DNA from: Antedon mediterranea
Taxonomy: Eukaryota > Animalia > Echinodermata
Assembly: GCF_964355755.1 (NCBI RefSeq)
Contig: NC_092678.1
Coordinates: 12,770,352-12,834,351, forward strand
Direction of reading: 5' to 3'
DNA: 64,000 nt
The notes beneath the pieces were generated by a model. That model ran no database searches. It was not told where the DNA came from and was given only the letters and a program-made list of their open reading frames with translations. Positions 52,401 to 60,229 of the stretch are shown one piece after another. The translations under genes were made by a program, and so were the position numbers. The stretch's first letter is position 1. Every line of letters starts with the position of its first letter.

Positions 52401-52506
52401 GTATGTCAACTCAGGAATCAAGCAAAGTCGTCGACACAATCAGAAAAGAAGAGAGGACACAGGTGTGACCATACTTTCTGATGATACAAACGCTGGTTGT
52501 AAATAG
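28079..52506 (+). CDS. Complete divergent plexin-like receptor gene, 37 coding exons, about 1900 aa (signal peptide, Sema, PSI x3, IPT/TIG repeats, TM, split RasGAP-like domain with RBD)
   Basis: Manually spliced with GT-AG junctions and consistent phases. Exons: 28079-29113, 29381-29599, 30115-30243, 30615-30727, 31151-31268, 31552-31708, 31999-32095, 33790-33904, 34303-34440, 34754-34855, 35540-35627, 39447-39613, 39903-40075, 40492-40591, 41749-41885, 42212-42376, 43093-43180, 43408-43680, 44231-44389, 44806-45004, 45543-45721, 45784-45828, 45978-46096, 46330-46395, 46630-46704, 47005-47074, 47358-47504, 47745-47895, 47996-48084, 49260-49362, 49755-49804, 50101-50196, 50468-50634, 51001-51148, 51629-51769, 51884-51958, 52297-52506. 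The sum is 5703 nt with an open frame. Motifs: SRLSRVC and SAMCIY (Sema), DPYCGWC (PSI), PRFGIKAGGTTLTFSGSNL (IPT), TM in exon 20, VKVNSCDTLFQVKQKLL (RBD), VKYLFDFLD and IWKNNSL (GAP). Confidence 0.9.
30870..31045 (+). mobile_element. Short CR1-group LINE 3' tail fragment
   Basis: Stem-loop tagccttgcggcta followed by an (aaat)n tail. Confidence 0.45.
35950..36415 (-). mobile_element. Penelope-like element fragment with inverted ends
   Basis: Minus-strand decayed peptides MKNCGYPSWTV and VLPYIKGLSENINR..NI..FFKP. About 50 bp terminal inverted repeat (tataattctttacgttgaaccatgaatacg / cgtattcatagtttaacgtaacgaattata). Confidence 0.7.
37045..38955. mobile_element. Non-autonomous TIR transposon (CAGG...CCTG) in plexin intron 11
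   Basis: TIR caggcccgtagccag / ctggctacgggcctg; ataaa on both flanks. Confidence 0.8.
37408..38502. mobile_element. Tc1/mariner (pogo-like) MITE nested in the CAGG element
   Basis: TA|ccgtatatttcggtgtacaagtcgcac ... gtgcgtcttatacaccgaaatattcgg|TA. Confidence 0.8.
40115..40290 (-). mobile_element. Decayed SINE fragment
   Basis: acacaggaccaacggattaacatctcatccgaaag resembles the reverse complement of common invertebrate SINE cores (recalled, not searched). Confidence 0.4.
40790..41410 (+). repeat. 19 bp pyrimidine-rich minisatellite (ctactttcactcttttctt), about 30 copies
   Basis: Directly visible; followed by a roughly 60 bp duplicated unit at 41422-41550 that contains the same core. Confidence 0.95.
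42835..42940 (-). mobile_element. L2/Crack-type LINE 3' tail fragment
   Basis: Minus strand ends aataaatgaaatgaaatgaaat after a ggagac...gtctcc stem; same tail type as 63785-63806. Confidence 0.5.
48192..49114. mobile_element. Mutator-like (MULE) non-autonomous fold-back element
   Basis: Long TIRs (over 110 bp, gcgattttttttttcgtacataagttggggacc...) and a perfect 9 bp TSD aggccggac (48183-48191, 49115-49123). Confidence 0.85.
49418..49486. repeat. (TA)n microsatellite
   Basis: Directly visible. Confidence 0.98.
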
Positions 52507-52899
52507 CACTAAATAAGCTTTTTCTTTATCTTTGCAAATACGTACGTTTGTCTGATTAACTATTGTAACTATAATTTAGTTCACTAAAGATTTATAGCTA
52601 CTTAAATAGGCCTATTATAAGTACCAGTGCAGATAAAAACGTTCACTGACCATATATTGTTTTTAGAACTAACCAAAAGTACTTTGACAAAAACCAGTTT
52701 AAAATAAAAATGAATCATGTGTTATTAGATAGAAAAGAAAATGTGACATTTCTAGGTGTAATTTTAAACGGAAATCTTAACTGGAAACATCACATACAGC
52801 TTATTAGGAAAAAAATGTCTAGGGCAATTGGTATACTTTTAAAAGTAAGAGAATTCTTTCCTCATAAAGTCCGTATTAGTCTTTATAACACCTTAGTAT

Positions 52900-53622
52900 T
52901 GTAACAGCCTCTACTGTTGGGCGTAGGTTTTCACTTGAACAATCAAATAAACAATCTCAGACAACTTGTAACGCATCAAACACTTTATTCAACTCTCAAT
53001 GGCGATGGCCATGGCAACTTGCCGATGTGATGAAGATCACGATAATGACACTGATGATGATCAGCTATTGAATAAAGACTGACTTTACTGATGATGATAA
53101 TGATGATGATGATGATGGTTTCAACTAGAAACAAAAGATAATAACATGTTTGTATTATAAGAAGCATTTACGTTTAAATAACTCTTACGGAGCTCCAAAC
53201 ATAACAATAACAAACACTTCCGTGTAAATAGCTCTTGAATAGAGCCGTGCTCAATCAAGCGGAACGAGCACCGTCCGCATCACACTGGATTTCATCCCAT
53301 GACAACCGCGGGAGAATTGCGAACGTTACAACATTATAAAACAAGCATGAACATGCTTTCAATCTTGGCCACAGATAGGCCTACACTCCACGCACCATTT
53401 AGACGGTGTTCGGAGTCAAATTTAACTATAATATAACTTCAATCAACTACTGCATTAATCATAATTTCTTATTATTATCACAATATTATTCATTAGATGA
53501 TTAAAACTTACGTTTGTGTCTCTTCTAGATAGACCTACGCATAGAACACATTATCTTTGTGAGCGGACATATTAGACAACCTTTAATTATAGAGGGCGCT
53601 AAACTAAAAATGAGCCGTAACA
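52900..53622 (-). repeat. 3' LTR of the Bel/Pao element
   Basis: Direct repeat of 59458-60180. Confidence 0.97.
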
Positions 53623-53773
53623 TCCCGGCCCCTTAAAGGCGATTAAATCGAGCCTTTACTATATATACATATGTTACGGGTAACGACAAACAATAAAGGT
53701 AATAAGTCTCTTATAAAGTTCACATAAGCCAAATCCATATATATCACTGGCAAACATCGCACAATGTGCATGT

Positions 53774-56700
53774 CTAATCATTTCCGTTGACTTCTAGAAG
53801 TATGATCTTAGTGATTGGTCTTACTAGAGTTCCAACCGACGTTTTCAATCTCACAGAACGCACCATTCCATCTGAATCATTCTGGAGCACCTCTATCACT
53901 CGAGCAAGCGGCCACGAGCATCGTGGAACCGATGGGTCATGAACCAAAACAATGTCGCCATTCGCAACATTCTGCTGTTTCTTACACCATTTCTGTCGCT
54001 CTTGAAGTGCAGGCAAATATTCCCGGAGCCAGCGACGCCAGAAAACATCTGCGAGATACTGAGTTTGGCGCCAGCGCCTTCTCACGTAGCAATCGTCTGC
54101 AACAAATCGTCCTGGTGGAAGGCTGGGACCTGCTCGCAATAGTAAAAGATGATTCGGTGTTAATGCCTCATTGTCTTTTGGATCATCTGACACCTTTGTT
54201 ATTGGTCTCCCATTCACTATCGTTTCGACTTCACAGAACAGCGTCTGCAATGTTTCATCGTTGATTGTTTGTTCTTCCATCAGCGAGCTGAGCACCTTGC
54301 GTACTGTGCGAATGCATCTTTCCCAAACCCCACCTTGATGGGAAGCTGCCGGAGGATTGAATTTCCATTCCACGTGATTCTGCGAGAGGTATTGGTGTAT
54401 CTGTCCTTGATTCCAATCATTAATGGCCGATCGAAGCTCCTTTTGCCCCATAATAAAATTTCCTCCATTGTCAGACCGGATATGCTTTGGTACGCCTCTC
54501 CTAGCAACGAAACGTCGATAAGCATTTAAGAATGAGTTTGTGTCCAATGATGACGCGACCTCCAGATGCACTGCTCTGATTGATAAGCAGGTAAAAATCA
54601 CTCCATATCTTTTCAGCACTGATCTAGCATTTTTAACCTTAAATGGTCCAAAGCAATCAATCCCCACAAAGGTAAAAGGCGGGTGCGCTGGTGTAACTCT
54701 CTCGGCTGGCAGATCAGCCATTTTTTGATGTGCTGTCGGAGCATTTCTTCTTCTGCATTGAACGCATTTCCTACTGATCCCTTTGATCATTGTTCGTCCT
54801 CCTACTGGCCAGTAGATTTGCCTCAGCTCAGATAGGACATGATTGACGCCCGAGTGCCCAGTACAGTTGTGGTAGTGTCTTAAGATGAGTATAGTCAGAT
54901 CACTGGACCTTGGTAGTATAATCTGATGTTTCAGATCTCCACTAACATCGGCCATACTCAGTCGACCTCCAACCTTCAATACACCATTTTCTAATTTCGG
55001 GTCCAACCTAATTAGTGGACTAGTTGACTTTATTGTCTTGCCTGTCTCTAAGCTTCTGAATTCCTCAGGATACGAACGCTTCTGGGCACGTCTGATGAGT
55101 ACCAGTTCTGCTTCCTTCAGTTCATCCACTGAGAGAGGTTTCACAACTTGATTGCTTGTCCTCTTCTGTACTGTCGTTTTCTTGTGTTTAACATTCTTTA
55201 AGTTATTCGTGAATCGTAGCACCCAGCCAGTAACTCTTGACAGTGTCTTCCAACTTGAAAACTGTGAAGTTATTTCATCCAGAGTGGTGTTGATTTCGGC
55301 CACAACTAACGCTGTTACGCCCTTCACTTCGGGGTCATTCATTCTGAGGGCGAGATCGTCTGGCATCTCTGGCCACTTGGAATCATTTTGTGTGAGGAAT
55401 TTTGGACCGCAATACCACATTTCACTCGTCATCATTTCCTCTGCCGTCATCCCACGGGAAGCTAGGTCGGCCGGATTTTCAGCTGAATTCACAAACCTCC
55501 ATTGGTCCTTGTTTGTCCTACTTAGGATTGCCGAAACTCGATTTCCCACGTATGTTTTGAACCTGGTTTCATCGTTGCTCAGATATCTGAGCACACACGT
55601 GCTGTCGGTCCAACACACGGACTGGTCAATTTTAATTTCCTTAAGCTCTTCTCTTATCATTGTGTCCAAGCGTGCTGCTAACAGTGCAGCCTGCAACTCC
55701 AGTCTGGGAATTGTTTGAGCTTTAAGAGGAGCCAATCTGGACTTTGCTGCAACAAGGGTGCGGTTTACGTTTCCAGATTCATCCTTCTGGTAGAGATATG
55801 ATGCTGCTCCGTAACTTGTGGATGATGCATCTCCAAAGCTATGCAGTTCACGACGCACTACGGTCCCAAACTCTGCAGATTTGTAGCATCGTTGAATTCG
55901 AATAGTCTCCAACTTCTTCAGATCGAATAGCCACTGTTGCCATCTAGTCTCATATTCAATTGAGATTGTTGAATCCCAATCATAACCAAGTCGACAGAGC
56001 TCCTGCATTAATAACTTTGCCTTGAGGATAAACGGTGATACCAGCCCTAACGGGTCAAATACAGACGAAACAACTGACAGTATACCCCTTCGAGTCGCAG
56101 GCTTTGTTGTTGGAGATATGGTATATCCCAAGCTATCTTCACTGACAAACCAGCGAACACCCAAGGCACGTTGCTGGTTTCCACCACATAAAGAAACTGA
56201 GTTTGAATCTCCCTTATCTCTCAGCGTGCTCACTAGTTTTCTCGAGTTTGAAACCCATTTCGTGAGGTTGAAGCCTCCTCTTGCCAGCAACTGTTTTACT
56301 TGAATGGCTATATCAATAGCACACTGTTCGTCGTCTGTCGCATATAGAAGATCGTCAACATAAAAATGCCTATCTGCTATCTGCGTGATTATTGGATCGT
56401 AGTCCTTTCCATGGTCCTTTATCGTTTTCTTCAACGCAAAGTTGGCGCAACTCGGAGATGATCGGCCACCAAACAGGTGCACTAGCATCTGGTATTCCTG
56501 TGGTGCCTTCTTCAGATCTCCCATTTCCCACCACAAGTAGCGGAGAAAGTCTGAGTCCTGTTCCTTTACCTTGACCTGGTAAAACATTTTCTCAATATCG
56601 GCACAAAAGGCAACTGGAGAGCTACGGAATCTCATTAAAACTCCAACTAATGAATTGGTAAGGTCTGGTCCCTGGTTTAACTTGTCATTTAGGCATACTC

Positions 56701-59431
56701 CGTGAAACTTGGCAGAGCAGTCGAACACAACCCTTAGCTTTCCCGGTTTCTGCGGGTGTAAAACTGGGTGGTGCGGAAGATACCATTTTGGAATTGATCC
56801 ATCGATGACCTCCGAAACCTTCCTGGAATATCCCTTGTCCACTAACGTTTCCATAAATTCTGTGTACTTGCTGTGGGTGTCATTACTCCTTTCAAGGCGA
56901 GCCTGCAACGTTTTGAGTCGGCGTTCGGCCAATACACGATTGTTTGGTAATGTTGATGGGGAAGCCTTCCAAGGCATAGCAACATGGTAATGTCCATCCT
57001 TGTATGTCACAGATTCCTCCATACTTGTTAATGCCTGTATGTCACTCTGTGACATTGTCACCTGATCTGATTCGAGGTCATTGAACTCGATGCTGCAGAA
57101 TTTTCTGAACTGCTCGTCTAGATTCCCAACAAAGCCGCATATCTTGTTTTCTTGCCAAGAACTCAAAGGGCCATTTACCACCCAGCCAAACAGAGTTCGA
57201 GTGGCATATGGACCGCCATTTTGCATGGCTCGCACTTCATAAGGTTGGTGTACCTCCGGTACATCTTGACCAACTAATAACTCTATTTCTGCAGTGATAG
57301 ACGGAATATATATTCCTTGCAGGTGAGGCCACCTATCAACTTCTGCCTGACTTGCAATAGTGTTTGTTGACACTGGTATGGATTGTCTGGTATATACTCT
57401 TGGAATTTTTACTTGACTTGATCCATCTAGATTTGCCACTGATAGAGATATTGTTGTCGATTTAGTGACAGATTGACCATCCATTGTCATAAGGTTAAGG
57501 TCAACGCCTTTGCCCTTGACACCTAACTTCTGCGCAAGTGCTTCTGTACAAAATGTAATATTCGAGCCATTGTCTAGAAAAGCATAAGTTGAAATTATAG
57601 ATTTTCCTCCCTCAGCCTTAACCTGGACTGGTACAACTGACAAGCCAATTCTTTGGTAGCTGCCTGCAACTGCCAATGACGTGGACGTGGCTGGTAACGA
57701 ATGTGCTTGCGTCTCAGGAGGTGCTGCCTTTTGATTTTCAGCAGGCTGTGTTGTGGTATGCTCACCCTTTGGAGGAGAGACTGGATGTAAGAAGGATGAA
57801 TGCTTTTCTGCACACATCTTACAAAAACTTGGTTTCGGACAAGACGATGCAAAGTGTCCCTTATTAAAACAATTCCAACAAAGCTTCTTTTCTCGTACGA
57901 ATTTCCTTCTGCCATCCACAGACTTAGCCTTAAAACCAGGGCAACGCGACAGCCAGTGTTGCTCTTGACAATAATGACACGACATCTTGGGTTTGGCTGT
58001 GTCGGATGACTGAACGCTAAATGTGGTATTCGAGCGTTTGTTCTTTTGTAGCTCTGTGGTCTCACGAGATACCGGGGTTTTGCCATAAACCGGATCATTA
58101 AGCTTTTTGGCTTCTTTCTGTGTAAAGTCTACAATGTCACTGAAGCGTATGGGCCTTTGTTGATTTCGGTGAACCTCCACCACATTTCTCCAACGATCAT
58201 GCAAGTATTGCGGAAGCTTCTCCATGGTCATCCTTATGTTTTCAGAGAATTCTAACACACCTAGACTCCCAACGCAGAGTGTAGCAGCCTTACATTCCAT
58301 AAGGAACACTGAAAACTCATCTAGGGCCTTTGGATCATTTGCCTTGATGGGTGCCCAAGATAGCAGCTTTTTTATATATGAGTTTGCGATCACTTCTGGA
58401 TCCCCGTAACGTCTTTTCAACTCTTTCATTGCAGCTGGATAACCAACTTCCGCTTCCAAGTAGGAGTATCCAATAACAATTTGTTGAGCCTCTCCTGTAG
58501 TGAATTGTTCTAAATATGCCATTCTGTCATTGTTGGTGCAGCCACTTTCTATTCGTGTTTTGAATTGTCGCATGAATTTGTTAAAGTCCATACAATTTCC
58601 ATTAAACTTCTTTATTTCTAATTTGGGCTTCCTCATTTCTACTATGGCGTCGTTAACTCTTTTCTCTGGTTTTTTAGCAGCGGGTTGCTTGACCTTGTTA
58701 ACCTTGGGTGACACTGCAACTGAAGGTATCCTGGCAGTTTGCTTTACGGAGGACTGGTCATCGCCTGACGATGGCCCACTCAAGCTGCTTGCTTCTTCTT
58801 CCTCCAAATCTTGACTAAGAGAAATTTCTTCAGCTTCCAGTTCTTCTAGCATCTCTTGTCTGGCCTCTGACCTTGCCATTTCCTTATCTAGAGCATTTCT
58901 CTCTTTCTCTTGCTCTAGTTCGATTTCCAACAGTTTGACTTTCTTCTCACTTTCCTGTTTTTCTTTCAGAATCCGACTCTGCTTCTTCAATTCTTCTAAC
59001 CGCTTCAACTCTTCCTGTCTTCTAGCCACAGATCCCATACTACTACGAGACTTGGATGTCTTTGCCTTCCCTGCCACAGGCTGTACTACTTCCTTACTCA
59101 AGAACCACTTTTCTGCTTCAGACTTTCTATTTTCTGCATAAACAGTTTTTTCACAAAACCAATCATTGTCATGATCTTGCAGGGCATCTTCATTAAGTGT
59201 GTTGCAATATTGGTCATTAGCCAGGATGAATGCTTCATAAGAAGTCATCCACTTTGTGTATCGTAATCTTGCTTCCGTCACTGGCGGATTCTCATTCATA
59301 TAGTTTCTCAGCTCCTCCGAACTCCTCTGTAGGTTCTTCCAGGCTATACCAAGAGCTTTATACTTCATTTCGGTTGCATATTCTTGTCCCTTGATAGTGG
59401 ACTTGCGTTCTCGTTCATCTGATAACGCCAT
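53774..59431 (-). CDS. Bel/Pao Gag-Pol polyprotein (1885 aa)
   Basis: Gag zinc knuckles (CHYCQEQHWLSRC, CWNCFNKGHFASSC, CKMCAEKH), protease FLDNGS, RT (YLPHH, KLRVVFD, ADIEKMF, YVDD), RNase H (FGDASSTSYG, TIPRLEL, WTDS, NPAD), integrase (H..H..C..C, GIDCFGP, SDNGGNF, GGVWER). Confidence 0.97.
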   Translation of the reverse strand: MALSDERERKSTIKGQEYATEMKYKALGIAWKNLQRSSEELRNYMNENPPVTEARLRYTKWMTSYEAFILANDQYCNTLNEDALQDHDNDWFCEKTVYAENRKSEAEKWFLSKEVVQPVAGKAKTSKSRSSMGSVARRQEELKRLEELKKQSRILKEKQESEKKVKLLEIELEQEKERNALDKEMARSEARQEMLEELEAEEISLSQDLEEEEASSLSGPSSGDDQSSVKQTARIPSVAVSPKVNKVKQPAAKKPEKRVNDAIVEMRKPKLEIKKFNGNCMDFNKFMRQFKTRIESGCTNNDRMAYLEQFTTGEAQQIVIGYSYLEAEVGYPAAMKELKRRYGDPEVIANSYIKKLLSWAPIKANDPKALDEFSVFLMECKAATLCVGSLGVLEFSENIRMTMEKLPQYLHDRWRNVVEVHRNQQRPIRFSDIVDFTQKEAKKLNDPVYGKTPVSRETTELQKNKRSNTTFSVQSSDTAKPKMSCHYCQEQHWLSRCPGFKAKSVDGRRKFVREKKLCWNCFNKGHFASSCPKPSFCKMCAEKHSSFLHPVSPPKGEHTTTQPAENQKAAPPETQAHSLPATSTSLAVAGSYQRIGLSVVPVQVKAEGGKSIISTYAFLDNGSNITFCTEALAQKLGVKGKGVDLNLMTMDGQSVTKSTTISLSVANLDGSSQVKIPRVYTRQSIPVSTNTIASQAEVDRWPHLQGIYIPSITAEIELLVGQDVPEVHQPYEVRAMQNGGPYATRTLFGWVVNGPLSSWQENKICGFVGNLDEQFRKFCSIEFNDLESDQVTMSQSDIQALTSMEESVTYKDGHYHVAMPWKASPSTLPNNRVLAERRLKTLQARLERSNDTHSKYTEFMETLVDKGYSRKVSEVIDGSIPKWYLPHHPVLHPQKPGKLRVVFDCSAKFHGVCLNDKLNQGPDLTNSLVGVLMRFRSSPVAFCADIEKMFYQVKVKEQDSDFLRYLWWEMGDLKKAPQEYQMLVHLFGGRSSPSCANFALKKTIKDHGKDYDPIITQIADRHFYVDDLLYATDDEQCAIDIAIQVKQLLARGGFNLTKWVSNSRKLVSTLRDKGDSNSVSLCGGNQQRALGVRWFVSEDSLGYTISPTTKPATRRGILSVVSSVFDPLGLVSPFILKAKLLMQELCRLGYDWDSTISIEYETRWQQWLFDLKKLETIRIQRCYKSAEFGTVVRRELHSFGDASSTSYGAASYLYQKDESGNVNRTLVAAKSRLAPLKAQTIPRLELQAALLAARLDTMIREELKEIKIDQSVCWTDSTCVLRYLSNDETRFKTYVGNRVSAILSRTNKDQWRFVNSAENPADLASRGMTAEEMMTSEMWYCGPKFLTQNDSKWPEMPDDLALRMNDPEVKGVTALVVAEINTTLDEITSQFSSWKTLSRVTGWVLRFTNNLKNVKHKKTTVQKRTSNQVVKPLSVDELKEAELVLIRRAQKRSYPEEFRSLETGKTIKSTSPLIRLDPKLENGVLKVGGRLSMADVSGDLKHQIILPRSSDLTILILRHYHNCTGHSGVNHVLSELRQIYWPVGGRTMIKGISRKCVQCRRRNAPTAHQKMADLPAERVTPAHPPFTFVGIDCFGPFKVKNARSVLKRYGVIFTCLSIRAVHLEVASSLDTNSFLNAYRRFVARRGVPKHIRSDNGGNFIMGQKELRSAINDWNQGQIHQYLSQNHVEWKFNPPAASHQGGVWERCIRTVRKVLSSLMEEQTINDETLQTLFCEVETIVNGRPITKVSDDPKDNEALTPNHLLLLRAGPSLPPGRFVADDCYVRRRWRQTQYLADVFWRRWLREYLPALQERQKWCKKQQNVANGDIVLVHDPSVPRCSWPLARVIEVLQNDSDGMVRSVRLKTSVGTLVRPITKIILLEVNGND

Positions 59432-59457
59432 CGTACTTTAGAATATAAACTTGAAAC

Positions 59458-60180
59458 TGTAACAGCCTCTACTGTTGGGCGTAGGTTTTCACTTGAACAA
59501 TCAAATAAACAATCTCAGACAACTTGTAACGCATCAAACACTTTATTCAACTCTCAATGGCGATGGCCATGGCAACTTGCCGATGTGATGAAGATCACGA
59601 TAATGACACTGATGATGATCAGCTATTGAATAAAGACTGACTTTACTGATGATGATAATGATGATGATGATGATGGTTTCAACTAGAAACAAAAGATAAT
59701 AACATGTTTGTATTATAAGAAGCATTTGCGTTTAAATAACTCTTACGGAGCTCCAAACATAACAATAACAAACACTTCCGTGTAAATAGCTCTTGAATAG
59801 AGCCGTGCTCAATCAAGCGGAACGAGCACCGTCCGCATCACACTGGATTTCATCCCATGACAACCGCGGGAGAATTGCGAACGTTACAACATTATAAAAC
59901 AAGCATGAACATGCTTTCAATCTTGGCCACAGATAGGCCTACACTCCACGCACCATTTAGACGGCGTTCGGAGTCAAATTTAACTATAATATAACTTCAA
60001 TCAACTACTGCATTAATCATAATTTCTTATTATTATCACAATATTATTCATTAGATGATTAAAACTTACGTTTGTGTCTCTTCTAGATAGACCTACGCAT
60101 AGAACACATTATCTTTGTGAGCGGACATATTAGACAACCTTTAATTATAGAGGGCGCTAAACTAAAAATGAGCCGTAACA
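59458..60180 (-). repeat. 5' LTR of the Bel/Pao element
   Basis: Direct repeat of 52900-53622. Confidence 0.97.
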
Positions 60181-60229
60181 AGTATTACCTCACCTTCAGT
60201 ATGGTAACTTAATATTGGGAAATACATAC

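Larger units (their letters stand above)
52900..60180 (-). mobile_element. Full-length Bel/Pao LTR retrotransposon
   Basis: 723 bp LTRs (52900-53622, 59458-60180) with TG...CA ends. 5 bp TSD agtat (52895-52899, 60181-60185). PPT aaggggccggga adjacent to the 3' LTR. Single long ORF. Confidence 0.97.

Noticed and set aside
52492-52506. C-terminal lipidation or PDZ-binding motif (AGCK)
   Set aside because: Not CaaX and lacks a hydrophobic terminal residue.
52985-53167. Identical 60 aa ORFs at 52985-53167 and 59543-59725
   Set aside because: Both lie in the LTRs, and the poly-Ile stretch comes from a (gat)n microsatellite.
53815-59141. Many + strand ORFs of 60-190 aa over the retrotransposon
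   Set aside because: Antisense shadows of the Gag-Pol frame with no recognisable motifs.
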